A stretch of DNA of 54,026 nucleotides from Macrostomum lignano. Taxonomy: Eukaryota. The stretch spans positions 49,061 through 103,086 of the forward strand of contig NIVC01003348.1 in NCBI GenBank assembly GCA_002269645.1, read 5' to 3'. A program made the translations under genes and the position numbers. Shown in pieces: positions 12,150 to 22,885 of this stretch (position 1 is the first letter of the stretch; every line of letters starts with the position of its first letter). The notes below the pieces were generated by a model. That model searched no databases. It worked only from the letters and a program-made list of their open reading frames with translations, and was not told where the DNA came from.

Positions 12150-12986
12150 CATATTTGCTAGTAACATGAATGTACTATTGACCTAAGCAGTTTATGACAC
12201 TACTTTATCATATCTTATGTATTATTTTTCTCCTACTAGGGTTTTTTCAGTCTAAGTATTATTGGGATCAAAAGGTCACTTTTTGCTTTTTGCTTTTTGC
12301 TTTTCCTATATAATATTTCTATAAGTTTTTAGTATTTAGTTAATTAATTTTAGTATATAGGACTAGCAATTTTTGCCTTCCAATGGGGGACATCTGGATA
12401 GAATATTTGTTCTCTACAAGTAACAAAAAGATAGCCAAAAAAGGCCTTCACAAAGACAATAGACAAACTGCTCAAATGAAGTGCAATGCAAAAAGAAATC
12501 ATCCCAAGTATCCCCCAGATAGCAAGCATCCCCAGATAGCAAGCATCTCCCAGATAGCAAGCTTAAACAATAAGTAGCTAGTGCAACAATTTCCTTAGCT
12601 TTATAGTGGCTCCTATAAAATTGGCATGATGCTTACTTTTATGTTTGAAATTGTGTATCTTATATATTTGACATGGTGGCTTTTTATGTTAGAAATGGTG
12701 GCTCTTTTATGTTTGACATGGTGGCTCTTTAATGTTTGACATAAAGTTACTATATGTTTAACATGGTAGCTCTTTTATGCTTGATGTGATGGCTCTTTTA
12801 TGTTTGATATGGCGGCTCTTTTATGTTTGATATGGTGGCTCTCTTATGTTTGACGTAGTGGCTCTTTTATGTTTGACATTGTGGCTCTTTGATGTTTGAT
12901 ATGGTGGCTCTTTTATGTTTGACATGGTGGCTCTTTTATGTTTGACATAGTGGCTCTTTAATAGTAAGACAAAACTCAATATTATT

Positions 12987-13024
12987 TGCGACGCGTTTCG
13001 GCTAAAACTAGCTATCTTCAGGCA
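12987..13024 (-). ncRNA. Minimal type-I hammerhead ribozyme motif, inverted copy with an A-C mismatch in helix II
   Basis: Reverse complement reads UGC-CUGAAGA-U-AGCUA-GUUU-UAGCC-GAAAC-GC-GUC-GCA. Confidence 0.7.
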
Positions 13025-13164
13025 CTATCGAACAGAATTTATTTCAACCTATTAAATACTGTGTAGACGACAAAATCAGGTATTGAAAAGGTATAAAAGG
13101 ACTAAAGGATCAATGTACAGTATAGCAATGTTCATAATATTATTTGTGGAATGACAGGACAGAG

Positions 13165-13201
<37 letters not shown>

Positions 13202-13484
13202 GCGTATGCGCCCCAACACAAACCCACTCTCAATGTCCAACTATCTGGAGGAGGTGCGAGTGAACAGCTGTTGGTGTTCTAAGCTAGAGTACATTTGGGG
13301 CGCATACGCCTCATTCTCTCTCTCTCTCTCTCTTTCTCTTTTTTCTCTGTCCTGTCATTCCACAAATAATATTATGAACATTGCTATACTGTACATTGAT
13401 CCTTTAGTCCTTTTATATCTTTTCAATACCTGATTTTGTCGTCTACACAGTATTTAATAGGTTGAAATAAATTCTGTTCGATAG

Positions 13485-13522
13485 TGCCTGAAGATGGCTA
13501 GTTTTAGCCGAAACGCGTCGCA
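13485..13522 (+). ncRNA. Minimal type-I hammerhead ribozyme motif
   Basis: UGC-CUGAAGA-U-GGCUA-GUUU-UAGCC-GAAAC-GC-GUC^GCA: complete core, 5-bp helix II, 3-bp helix I, palindromic ACGCGU helix III. Predicted cleavage after 13519. Confidence 0.8.
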
Positions 13523-14077
13523 AATAATATTGAGTTTTGTCTTACTATTATCTGTTAAGAGTGCTTCTCTACCGCAATTCTATTTCGATATCAACAATGG
13601 CTCTTTAATGTTCAATATGGTAGCTCTTTTATGTTTGACATGGTGGCTCTTTAATGTTCTTCATAGTGGCTCTTTTATGTTTGACATGGTGGCTCTTTTA
13701 GGCTTGAAACGGTGGCTTTTTTATGTTTGACATAGTGGCTTTTTATGCTTGACATGGTGGCTCTTTAATGTTCTTCATAGTGGCTCTTTTATGTTTGACA
13801 TGGTGGCTCTTTAATGTTCTTCATAGTGGCTCTTTTATGTTTGACATGGTGGCTCTTTTAGGCTTGAAATGGTGGCTTTTTTATGTTTGACATAGTGGCT
13901 TTTTATGCTTGACATGGTGGCTCTTTGATGTTTGACATGGTGGCTTTTTTATGTTTGACATTGTGCTTCTTTTATGTCAAACCATTTTGTATTTTAAGGT
14001 ATTTTAATAAAAAATCATTTTGCACTACTAAGATTCAAACCCAGGTCACTACATTAGTAGTCTAGTCTATTTGCATC

Positions 14078-14785
14078 GGTTGACAGTCATTTCGTCTGCC
14101 TCCTTTTCGTCTGCCGCCTTTTCGTCTGCCAATATACGATATAGTCGTTTCGTCTGCCAATATATATAATATATAAATCGGAATAACTAATTATGTCATC
14201 AAGCTTTGCATGGAAGTGTAATGTAAACGTCTTATTAATTATAATTTATTATAATGCTAGGATTTTTCTGAAAGTTCCGGAGCTAATATGTTGCATATAA
14301 ATACACAAAGCCAGAAGCAAATATCTCCAACCGTTTAGTTTCCTTCCAACTTTCTTTTTTTTCGTGTATGTAAACTCATATGCAATTTATTCACGAATAC
14401 AAGTAGCTTAAATGCACAAAGTGTAAAATGTAAGGAGCAATTGAAATTGTAGGCACAGAAAATGTAAACTCATATGCAATTATGAATAATTGATAATTGA
14501 AAATTATCAATAACACCACTTTCTCAGAAAATAACTTCGCATCGATGCGTCGAAAGTATTATATAGGTTAGTTAGGTTTCATGGAAAATGAAGAAAAACA
14601 AAATGTATCAATATAAATAAGAAAACATACTTAAAACTTGCTTACTTGCTTGTACTAATTTATTTTAATTCCCTACATAAAAAATACTAAATAAGTGAAC
14701 CAAAATAAACATAAATAAAAAAGTCGTTTTGTCTGCTAAAATTCTTTGGCAGATGAAAAGGCGGCAGACAAAATGACCGCAGACC
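14078..14785. mobile_element. 708-bp non-autonomous DNA transposon (MITE) with GG...CC termini and 8-bp TSD; Merlin- or MULE-like
   Basis: TSD TTTGCATC at 14070-14077 and 14786-14793. TIRs of about 38 bp (ggttgacagtcatttcgtctgcc... / ggtctgcggtcattttgtctgcc...) with 15-bp subterminal TTTTCGTCTGCCGCC repeats. Confidence 0.85.
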
Positions 14786-15129
14786 TTTGCATCTGGGCTA
14801 TCTCTTTTAATTGAAGAACATGAATTTTGGCCCTTATAATTCAATTTTTATAAGTTGGTTAGAGCAAAAAGTTGTGACATAATCAATTTCTCAGTTAGCC
14901 AGTATTAGTCTCAATTTAAATTAGCAATATGGTTGCGCAATTTCAATCAAGTCATGTCTATATTTTTTGACACTGTTTTTAACTTGTTCTGATGCAATCT
15001 TTATCACAATTGAAATTCAGCCAGTTAGTTTTTTCTCTAGCATTCTTACAATGCATTTCAGGTTGAAAGAGCTGCTTGACCTTTGCAAAAAAGCATGTTT
15101 TTTAATATTTAATCCCTTTAAAATTGAGC

Positions 15130-15290
15130 AATTTCTTAGGGGGGCCTAGCCAATATGCATTGCATATACTGTCCTAGAAAAATTTCTAATTGAATGGTGC
15201 AAGTTTGAAGAAAATTGGTTGAGCCATTTTTTCTGAAATCTATCTCACACATATACACACAAAGACAACTCATTTTTAATATATAGGGTT
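15130..15290 (+). mobile_element. Possible Helentron/DINE-like element end
   Basis: The pattern aagtttgaagaaaattggttgagcc...acacatatacacacaaagac...ttttaatatatagg resembles HINE/DINE-1-type termini. The other end was not located. Confidence 0.3.
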
Positions 15291-16293
15291 TTTGCAAATA
15301 TCTACCTTGGATTTCTTGTTAAATAGTTAGATTGCAAGCTGCAGTTGCAAATTTATATATTTTAATTTTATCAAACTATAAAAAATACAAATTAGGCCTA
15401 ATGGCTATTTTAAATTTCTAAAAATATGTATTATCAAAAAAACTTTTTTATGATGACTTTTATGACTTTCATGACTTTTTGATGATGACTTTTTATGAAT
15501 TGAAATGTCTTAAAATTTTTAAATATTTGCTTTAATTTTAGCTTAGGGGCCTATTCGATATTTGTTTGAGATGGCAATTAGATAAAAATACAAACCTGAA
15601 AACTAAAATAACATATTTCTAATATTACTTCATAAATTTTAACTTCGAGTTACAACCTCTACTCTGAAATCTGAATTTATAATAGATTAGAAATAGAAAT
15701 CCTAATATTATGTATTAGTGATTGTCTTTAACGATATTTATTGGTTAAATTATAACTTATTTCTGAAATTTTTAACATAACTATGTGAATTATTTCTGGG
15801 CTCTAGCCTCCAGGCATAACTTTAACTGGGTCACTGGTGATGTTGACAAGACATTAATTGTTGGCGGCGGCGGAGTGTGCCCATTTTCAAGGAAATCATG
15901 TGACTCAAACTGCGCGGATTTTTCGTTAATGAAATAAGAAATTACGAAAGCCGTTCTAAATAAACCGTTAAAAAATTCTTTTATTTTGTTCGCTGGGATA
16001 GCTTTCACAGCTTAAAGCGCGTTTATAATTTGTATTTTATTTGATATAATCCTTAAGATGCTACTGTTGACATTGTAATAATTGCACTGCTCAGCATTAC
16101 ATCACCTATTTTTCATCATCATTTATTATCAGCAAGTAAAATGCTGCAAACTATCAAAATAAAAAATACTGAATGACGTAGCTAAAAACAAAATTTATAA
16201 AGTAAATCAACAGAGGCAGCAGCAAGCGATTAATGCCATTGAGAAATCAGATTTCCTGTGGATGAGAAGTCAAATGTCATGTCCGACCTACAA

Positions 16294-18729
16294 CCCGATC
16301 AAAAAGAAGTTGTCTTAAGACATCTTATAATTGTCTTAAGATGGCTAAAGACACCTCAAGACAATTTCAAGATATCTTTAACTTTGCTTCTACAAGCCAT
16401 CCTGACGAAGCTGTCTTCAAGATGACTTAAAATTGACTTTTGTGAGATGTCTTGTTTAAGACATCTTTAAGACATCACCTTAAAGACAAAAAATTACATA
16501 AACTACTGTTTCTACTGTAAGTAGGAAATTTCAGATACAAATTTATCCAGATCACTAAATCGATAAAAAAGAAAATCAAGCACTATTGTGACGTTTATCG
16601 CTAATTTTCGTTGAATTGTAGTCTGTGGAAGGTTTGCTTATTTTAAATAACCCTTTAAGCTTTTTTGAAGCGCAATATATGCAATTTTTTATATTGGGTC
16701 GTTATAAACTTAAAGACAAAGTTTAATTACAACAATATTGATGATGGTAAAAATATTTACAAAAATCTAAACATCTCAGAATTAAAAATAGACAAAGATG
16801 CAATATATATTCTTATCGGTGATGCTTTTGTTCAAAACAGCCAAAAACAAAATGGCGGAACATCATTTTTAAAAAGAACTAAAGACAACCCCCCGGGCAT
16901 GATTAATGATCATCAATTAATGATTAGGGGCCTAATTGTCGAACACTTGTTTCTATCTTGTGTGATAAGTTTCGATTTTTCATTGGCTGCTATAGCCTAT
17001 ATAGATTTCTGGCCTAAGCCCTACCCTAGGTTTATCCTTACTTACTGTGATAGTGTATTAGTGATGATTTACATTTACTATCCTCAAGTTAGACCTTCCT
17101 AGTCTTTTACTTAGTCCTTCCTTGGATAGCTTCCAGGATTTGATTTCCCATCCTAATGCCAGGTGCAAACAAAGAACCCAGAATATAGTTTTATATATTT
17201 GTGCAATAGAATTGTAATATCCTGATTTCCAAATTATAATTTTAAATTAGACTAAACTAAAATATAAGTTAGGCCTTAAAAGATTCAGGCTTTAACTATG
17301 GCCTATAAGTATAAAGTGTTTTATTTACTTACTTCTGGTTTTTTATTTAAAGTTAGAATTTTATAGCTAGGCCTATTGATTGGCTTATCAAGACTAATTT
17401 TTTGTAGGCCTCTTAGCTCTATCCTTAAGCCTAAAAATTTTGTTTTGATTTTTTAAGTCAAAATTAAATAATTTCCTTGGGCTAAGCCTTAGGCTTAAGC
17501 CCTATATTATTGCTTTTGCCTTTTTCTTTGCCTTTATTAGTGGCTAATGGCAATGTACATATGCTTTCAATATACTATATATATATTATAGGTGCCATTG
17601 TCTAAAGGCTAGGCCCCCTAGGCCAATGAAAATTAAAATAAAAAATAGATAGCCTAAAATGGCTATATATAGGCCTAGGCCTAATTTATTATATCATATT
17701 CAAAAATTGGATTAGGCCTAGGCCTAATAGATTTAAAAATAGAGTTAGTTTACTTAGAAGTTAGAAGTTTTATAAAATTGGCATTCCAATCTTTTTATTT
17801 TGCCTTGAGATTAGGCCCTAGGCCCCTAAGCCTTAGCCTACATATTTGAGCCTAAGGCTAAGCTATTGAATTTGTATAGCTTATAGATAATTTGTTTATA
17901 AATGTTTTAAAGTAGAATTATTCTTTCTTTATTTTTTATTATCTAATTCTTTTTACTTATAAATTTGAAATTATTAAAACTCAACTATAAACTATAACCC
18001 TTTTAAATTTATCTTTTTCAGCCACTGTTATCAACGCATGCTATTTATCATTGTGCAAGCTAACCTGGGTCTTGAATCTTCCTGGATTAAGCCAATTCTA
18101 AACTAGTAATTGGCTAGCAAAGGATCAATTGACAGCAAGCTTTTTACCAAGCAATGAGCAACTTAGTCATTATTGCATTAACTAAGTCTTTCCATGCAAT
18201 GACTGGGTATGATGCATTATATATTTATACAATTGAGTATTTTTGCACTTTTATTAAATATTGTATTTTTACTTGTTTTCAATTCACCATTTTAATTGCT
18301 TTTGTGACTTTTAATCTGTACCTTTTATAAAATCAAAAAATAAATGATAAATTGCATTGAACCATAATTAGAAGCTCAAAAAGCTTTTCTTTAATATCAA
18401 TGTTGCCTGAAATGAAACCAATAAAAGAGTGCTGTAATACTTTTTGTCATTTCTTTTAAACAATTTTGATTACCATGGTAACAGCATTTCTTAAATGATC
18501 TTGGGCAAGACATCTTTTGCAAGTCATCTGGAAGATGTCTTTGAGCAGATTTTAAGATGTCTTGAAGATGTCTTAAGACGTCTTTAAGTTATCTCTAAGC
18601 TGTCTACAAGTGTTGCAAGGAGCCAATTTTTAGACCGAATTAAGTCAATTATAAGACGTCTTAAAGACATCTTTCTAGCTTATGCAAGACATCTTCAAGA
18701 CATAATTAAGCCAACTTTTTTTGATCGGG
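16294..18729. mobile_element. 2.4-kb non-autonomous CMC/EnSpm-like DNA transposon
   Basis: TIR CCCGATCAAAAA(G)AAGTTG at both ends, 2-bp AA flanking duplication (16292-16293 and 18730-18731), and about 200 bp of subterminal AAGACATCTT/AAGATGTCTT repeats on each side. No transposase ORF inside. Confidence 0.8.
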
Positions 18730-18937
18730 AAATAACCTTGTGTGACTTGTGAATTTTTGTCAAGTCAGTTGAAGATTTTTTATTAGTCCCCTCAATTTAA
18801 TTCCTTTGTCCTAGCTCTCAAAGCATCCAAGCAATTAAAAGCATTCATTTTTACATATACATTATTGGCCGCTGTTAATTATTTTACCTGCATATACAAT
18901 ATTGTAAATGTAGAATGTAGACTGTGGTTAATAAAAC

Positions 18938-20028
18938 GCGGGATCTAGAGAGCGCGGGGATAGGAACTGGCGCGTCTGTCGCCGTTTCTCGACGCCCGTG
19001 CAAGCTCAAGGTCTCGGCAGCAAAATGTACTACGACGCTCTTCACTCCGGACAAACGGAAATACGCCAGGGCTCTCGAGGTCAAATTTGATGGCTGATCA
19101 GACTACCCCAGGCCCTCTATCCTAAAATCCTAGGAGTCTTCTTTTTTGGCCCAAAAATGACATTTTGCCGCCACATCACGGCCACGATCGAGAAGGCTCG
19201 CAAGCGTTGTAGCGTCCTCCGTTGCTTGGCGGGCTGCAGTCGGGGCCGCGGTTGCTGAAAGGTGCTGCTGGTCAACACTTCAAGGCCATTTTACGCAGCA
19301 TCCTCAACTACGCTGCTCCTGTTTGGGGACCTTACTATCTCGTCCTCTTCCTGGGCCGGGCTCCAGGCGGTCCAAAACGCGGCCATTCGGTGCGTCACGG
19401 GCTGCAAGTAAACGCTGCCGGGCCGACCTCCACTGCGAGACTCGGATATTCCCGGTTTAGCAGCACAACAGACTCCTCTCTCTCTAGTTGCTTCTGACCT
19501 CCCGCCGCCCGGAGTACCCCTGTCATCATCTCTCCGCCTGCCCGGCTCCTCGCCGGGGCATGAAGCCGTCCATTTTTACGGCACCGTTCTTTGATGATTC
19601 CTGGCAGCCATGTCGCCGCCCCGGCGGTCCTCGACGACGCGGCAGCCTGGGACAGGGCGAGACGAGCACAACATTCGCTCATCGTGCTGGACTACTTTGA
19701 CAGCCTTCCTCCTAACCCGCGTCGTTATGGTCTCCGCCCTGATATCTGCGAGTCTGAACGATCCCTGCTGTGCCGTACCCGCTGCCTGCTCGCCCAGCTG
19801 CGCTCAGGCTTCAGCACCTTGCTTACCAGCACCGGCTGAACTCTGAGACGCCTCCCAACTGTCTTGAGTGTGGCGCGGCCTCGCATGATTGCCTGCACCT
19901 CTTTAACTGCCCGGCTCACCCCACCGAGCTGGAGCCTTCCGATCTGTGGCGCAAGCCCGTTGAAGTCGCTAAGTTTCTGTCGCTACCCGTCCAGCTTGTC
20001 CCCTGCGAGGGTTAAAAACAACAACAAC
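18938..20028 (+). mobile_element. Decayed, 5'-truncated I-group (Ingi/Vingi-like) LINE: end of RT to CCHC zinc finger, with (CAA)n tail
   Basis: Across frameshifts and stops: LKVSAAKCTTTLFTPD...PKILGV...FCRHI...FKAILRSILNYAAPVWGP...LLAQLRSGFSTLL...CLECGAASHDCLHLFNCPAHPTEL..SDLWRKPVEVAKFL. Tail aaaaacaacaacaac at about 20014-20028. Confidence 0.88.
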
Positions 20029-20039
20029 CAATGACTTCC

Positions 20040-20790
20040 GTCGAAGTGATGTTGTTCAGGGGCACCCGTCGGTCTCGCCTGCAGCCCGGTTCTCCTCACC
20101 GGCGGTGGGGAAGAAATCAGCTCGTCCCGTGTCCCCGAGGTACCGGGCCAGCAGCGGAATGCTCTCGGGCCTGCAAACGTCGGAGAGAACCGGGTTTGGC
20201 TCGAGGTGAGTGAGCCTGGCCCTGGTGAAAACTGGGCAGTGGCAGATAAAGTGCTCAGCGTTTTCAATGCAGAAGGGGCACCGCTTCTCAGGTATCTGGC
20301 CCTGAAGGAAGCGGTGGCGAGAGAAGCGGCAATGCCCGGAGAGGGCCATGGTAACTGCTCTGAGGTCTGTGCTGTTGAGCCTGAGGAGGGCTCTACGCAG
20401 GAGAGGAGAGGGGCAGGAGACGGCAGCACGGGATTGCCTGCAGTTTCGAGTGTCGTGCCACCTGCGGAGATGCTCGGAATCAGCCCAGCGCTTAACACGG
20501 GAGTTGATCACCGAGGCGGGGATGGGGGCTCCCGGGCCCGGCCCCAGCAGCACTCCGGGGGAGCCAGCCTTGGCCAGCAGGTCAGCGCGCTCTTTGCCGG
20601 AGAATCCAGCGTGGCCCGGGATCCATCTGAGCTCCACCTGGCTGCCTTGCGTAAGCCCATTGAGCTGAGCGTTGCAGTCCAGGACAGATCTGGAGCTGAT
20701 GGTGCTGCGGCAGAGGGCCCGAAGGGCTGCTTGGCTGTCAGAGTGAAAAAATAAAGTTCCGACCGCTGAGCTGCCTTTCTGAGACCGAGG
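20040..20790 (-). mobile_element. LINE fragment, RNase H plus CCHC (R1/LOA-like I-group)
   Basis: FHSDSQAALRAL...VELRWIPGHAGFSGKERADLLAKAG (RNase H) followed by LSGHC...CPFC.ENAEHFICHCP. Confidence 0.9.
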
Positions 20791-21476
20791 TCTGTAAAAC
20801 TAAGGAAGATGAGAAGTGCCGCTTCAGGCTGGGTTTCGATGTACGCTCGTATTTTATAGCTAGGTTTTCCATAACTTCGTCCTCTGCCACCGATGAGATG
20901 GGATACTGCTTACTTGACGACGGCAGGGTTTACCAAACAACGCATGCAATCAAATCAGCACTAGATATGCCTATTGCTATTGAGGTGAAGGTGAAAAGCA
21001 CAACAGCTGCGGTTGACTATGAATAAAGTTTTTTTCAAACGCTGAGTGCATTTTCATCATTTCCTACTCCCCAGTATCAGCTCGTACCTCTTGGCCATAG
21101 ACAGGGACAGAAAGCTCTCCATATACAGCTTTCGCTCGACAGGCCCTCTGTCAAGAATGAGTTCACCATCTCTCCATTATTTATGGTAAACAAAAACCTT
21201 TATGAGTACTTACTCAGCCAACGAGAATTTATCAAGTTCGAAGGGCCTTAACCTGAGAAATGCTCGCATTTTAGTCCCTGATTATACTCAGCTCGAGACA
21301 AAGGTGCATGTCCACCCTTTTCTGGAGAATTCCGTCTCTCAGTTGAGTGTCAAATCCATCAAACAGTTTGACCATAGACAAAATTCTTCTATGGATGGGT
21401 GAAGGTTGGGACGCCTACTGAGAACAACCATGGACAAGAAAGTGTCCATAAATGGGTCGAATGATGATGTCAAACG

Positions 21477-21703
21477 GGAAGCGGTGGCTCAATCCAAAAC
21501 CTGACCATCCGAGTGACCGGTTGCTACCTGATCGAAGCTTTTGGTGCCGGTGGCGGCGGCTACGAGCTTGTAAGAAACTACAGCAAAGGTGCCGAAATTT
21601 CCGGATTGTTCGAACTTCTCAATCGGCACTCAGCTGAGCATTGTTGTTGGCCAGCTGGGAGGCAACAGGAGCGATTTTGCTGGGGCTGGCGGCGGCAGTT
21701 TGA
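21477..21703 (+). pseudogene. Frameshifted fragment of an ALK/LTK-type glycine-rich domain (copy 1)
   Basis: GSIQNLTIRVTGCYLIEAFGAGGGG...GAEISGLFEL/(frameshift)GTQLSIVVGQLGG...GAGGGS matches the IQ.W.VP.TG.Y.IEA.GA.GG...GA.I.G.F.L..G..L.I.VGQ.G motif. Upstream stops are present. Confidence 0.7.
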
Positions 21704-22099
21704 AGGAGAATAGCTTATTTTTGAAACTGCTTCTGTCCGCCGCGCTGTTCTGGGTATTGAAGTTTTTGGAGTACATTTACGTCTTACTTTAGTCCCCCAG
21801 TCTTATAGCTAAATGTAGCAGTTTTAATTAATTGAAGTCTCTTGAGCTGAGAAATACAGTAACATAGGGGCATGATACCGATGATCATACATGCACTGAT
21901 TTACATGTACATGTATATCCGTACACTGCATGAGGCCAGTTTGTATTGTGGCAATTATGGAGTTTTTTTACTGTTGCAGCATAAAATTTGGCTGAGGTGA
22001 ACGTAGATTTTGAGTTTAGCAGTTTTAAGAACACAATATGAACTGAAGAAATGCTGCCTGTCTTGGTGGCCGCCATGCCTCTGGGTGGACGGTCCTGCC

Positions 22100-22885
22100 T
22101 ATTGATGTTGTCCGTGTCTATTGGTGTTGTCCCTGTCTATTGGTGTTGTCCGTGTCTATTGGTGTTGTCCCTGTCTATTGGTGTTATCCCTGTCTATTGG
22201 TGTTGTCCGTGTCTATTGGTTTTGTCCCTGTCTATTGGTGTTATCCCTGTCTATTGGTGTTGTCCGTGTCTATTGGTTTTGTCCCTGTCTATTGGTGTTG
22301 CCCCTGTCTATTGGTGTTGTCCCTGTCTATTGGTGTTGTCCCTGTCTATTGGTGTTGTCCGTGTCTCTTGGTGTTGTTCCTGTCTCTTGGTGGTGTCCTG
22401 TCTCTTGGTGGTGTCCTGTCTCTTGGTGGTGTCTTGTCTCTTGGTGTTGTTCCTGTCTCTTGGTGGTGTCCCATGTCTATTGGTGTTGTCCGTGTCTATT
22501 GGTGTTGTCCCTGTCTATTGGTGTTGTCCGTGTCTATTGGTGTTGTCCGTGTCTATTGGTGTTGTCCGTGTCTATTAGTGTTGTCCCTGTCTATTGGTGT
22601 TGTCCGTGTCTATTGGTGTTGTCCCTGTCTATTGGTGTTGTCCGTGTCTATTGGTGTTGTCCGTGTCTATTGGTGTTGTTCCTGTCTATTGGTGTTGTCC
22701 GTGTCTATTGGTGTTGTCCGTGTCTATTGGTGTTGTTCCTGTCTATTGATGTTGTCCCTGTCTATTGGTGTTGTCCCTGTCTCTTGGTGGTGTCCCATGT
22801 CTCTTGGTGTTGTCCCTGTCTCTTGGTGGTGTCCCATGTCTCTTGGTGTTGTCCGTGTCTGTTGGTATTATCCGTGACTATTGGT
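22100..22885. repeat. 19-bp minisatellite (CTATTGGTGTTGTCCGTGT)
   Basis: About 40 visible tandem units. The overlapping long ORFs are repeat translations. Confidence 0.96.

Larger units (their letters stand above)
12959..13597 (+). mobile_element. 5'-truncated Penelope-like retroelement: inverted pLTR copy, ORF C-terminus, pLTR and tail
   Basis: Near-perfect inverted arms at 12959-13216 and 13295-13550. The spacer encodes QHKPTLNVQLSGGGASEQLLVF* (13214-13282), typical of a PLE GIY-YIG C-terminus (KP.LN.Q...L.VF). Each arm carries a hammerhead motif. Possible TSD TGGCTCTTTA(AT) at 12951 and 13598. Confidence 0.85.
12620..13975. repeat. 23-bp minisatellite (TTTATGTTTGACATGGTGGCTCT) interrupted by the Penelope-like insertion
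   Basis: Units at about 12620-12960 resume at about 13598-13975. Confidence 0.9.

Noticed and set aside
16665-17102. 145-aa ORF inside the EnSpm-like element
   Set aside because: Starts at TTG, is AT-rich, and has no transposase or other recognisable motif.
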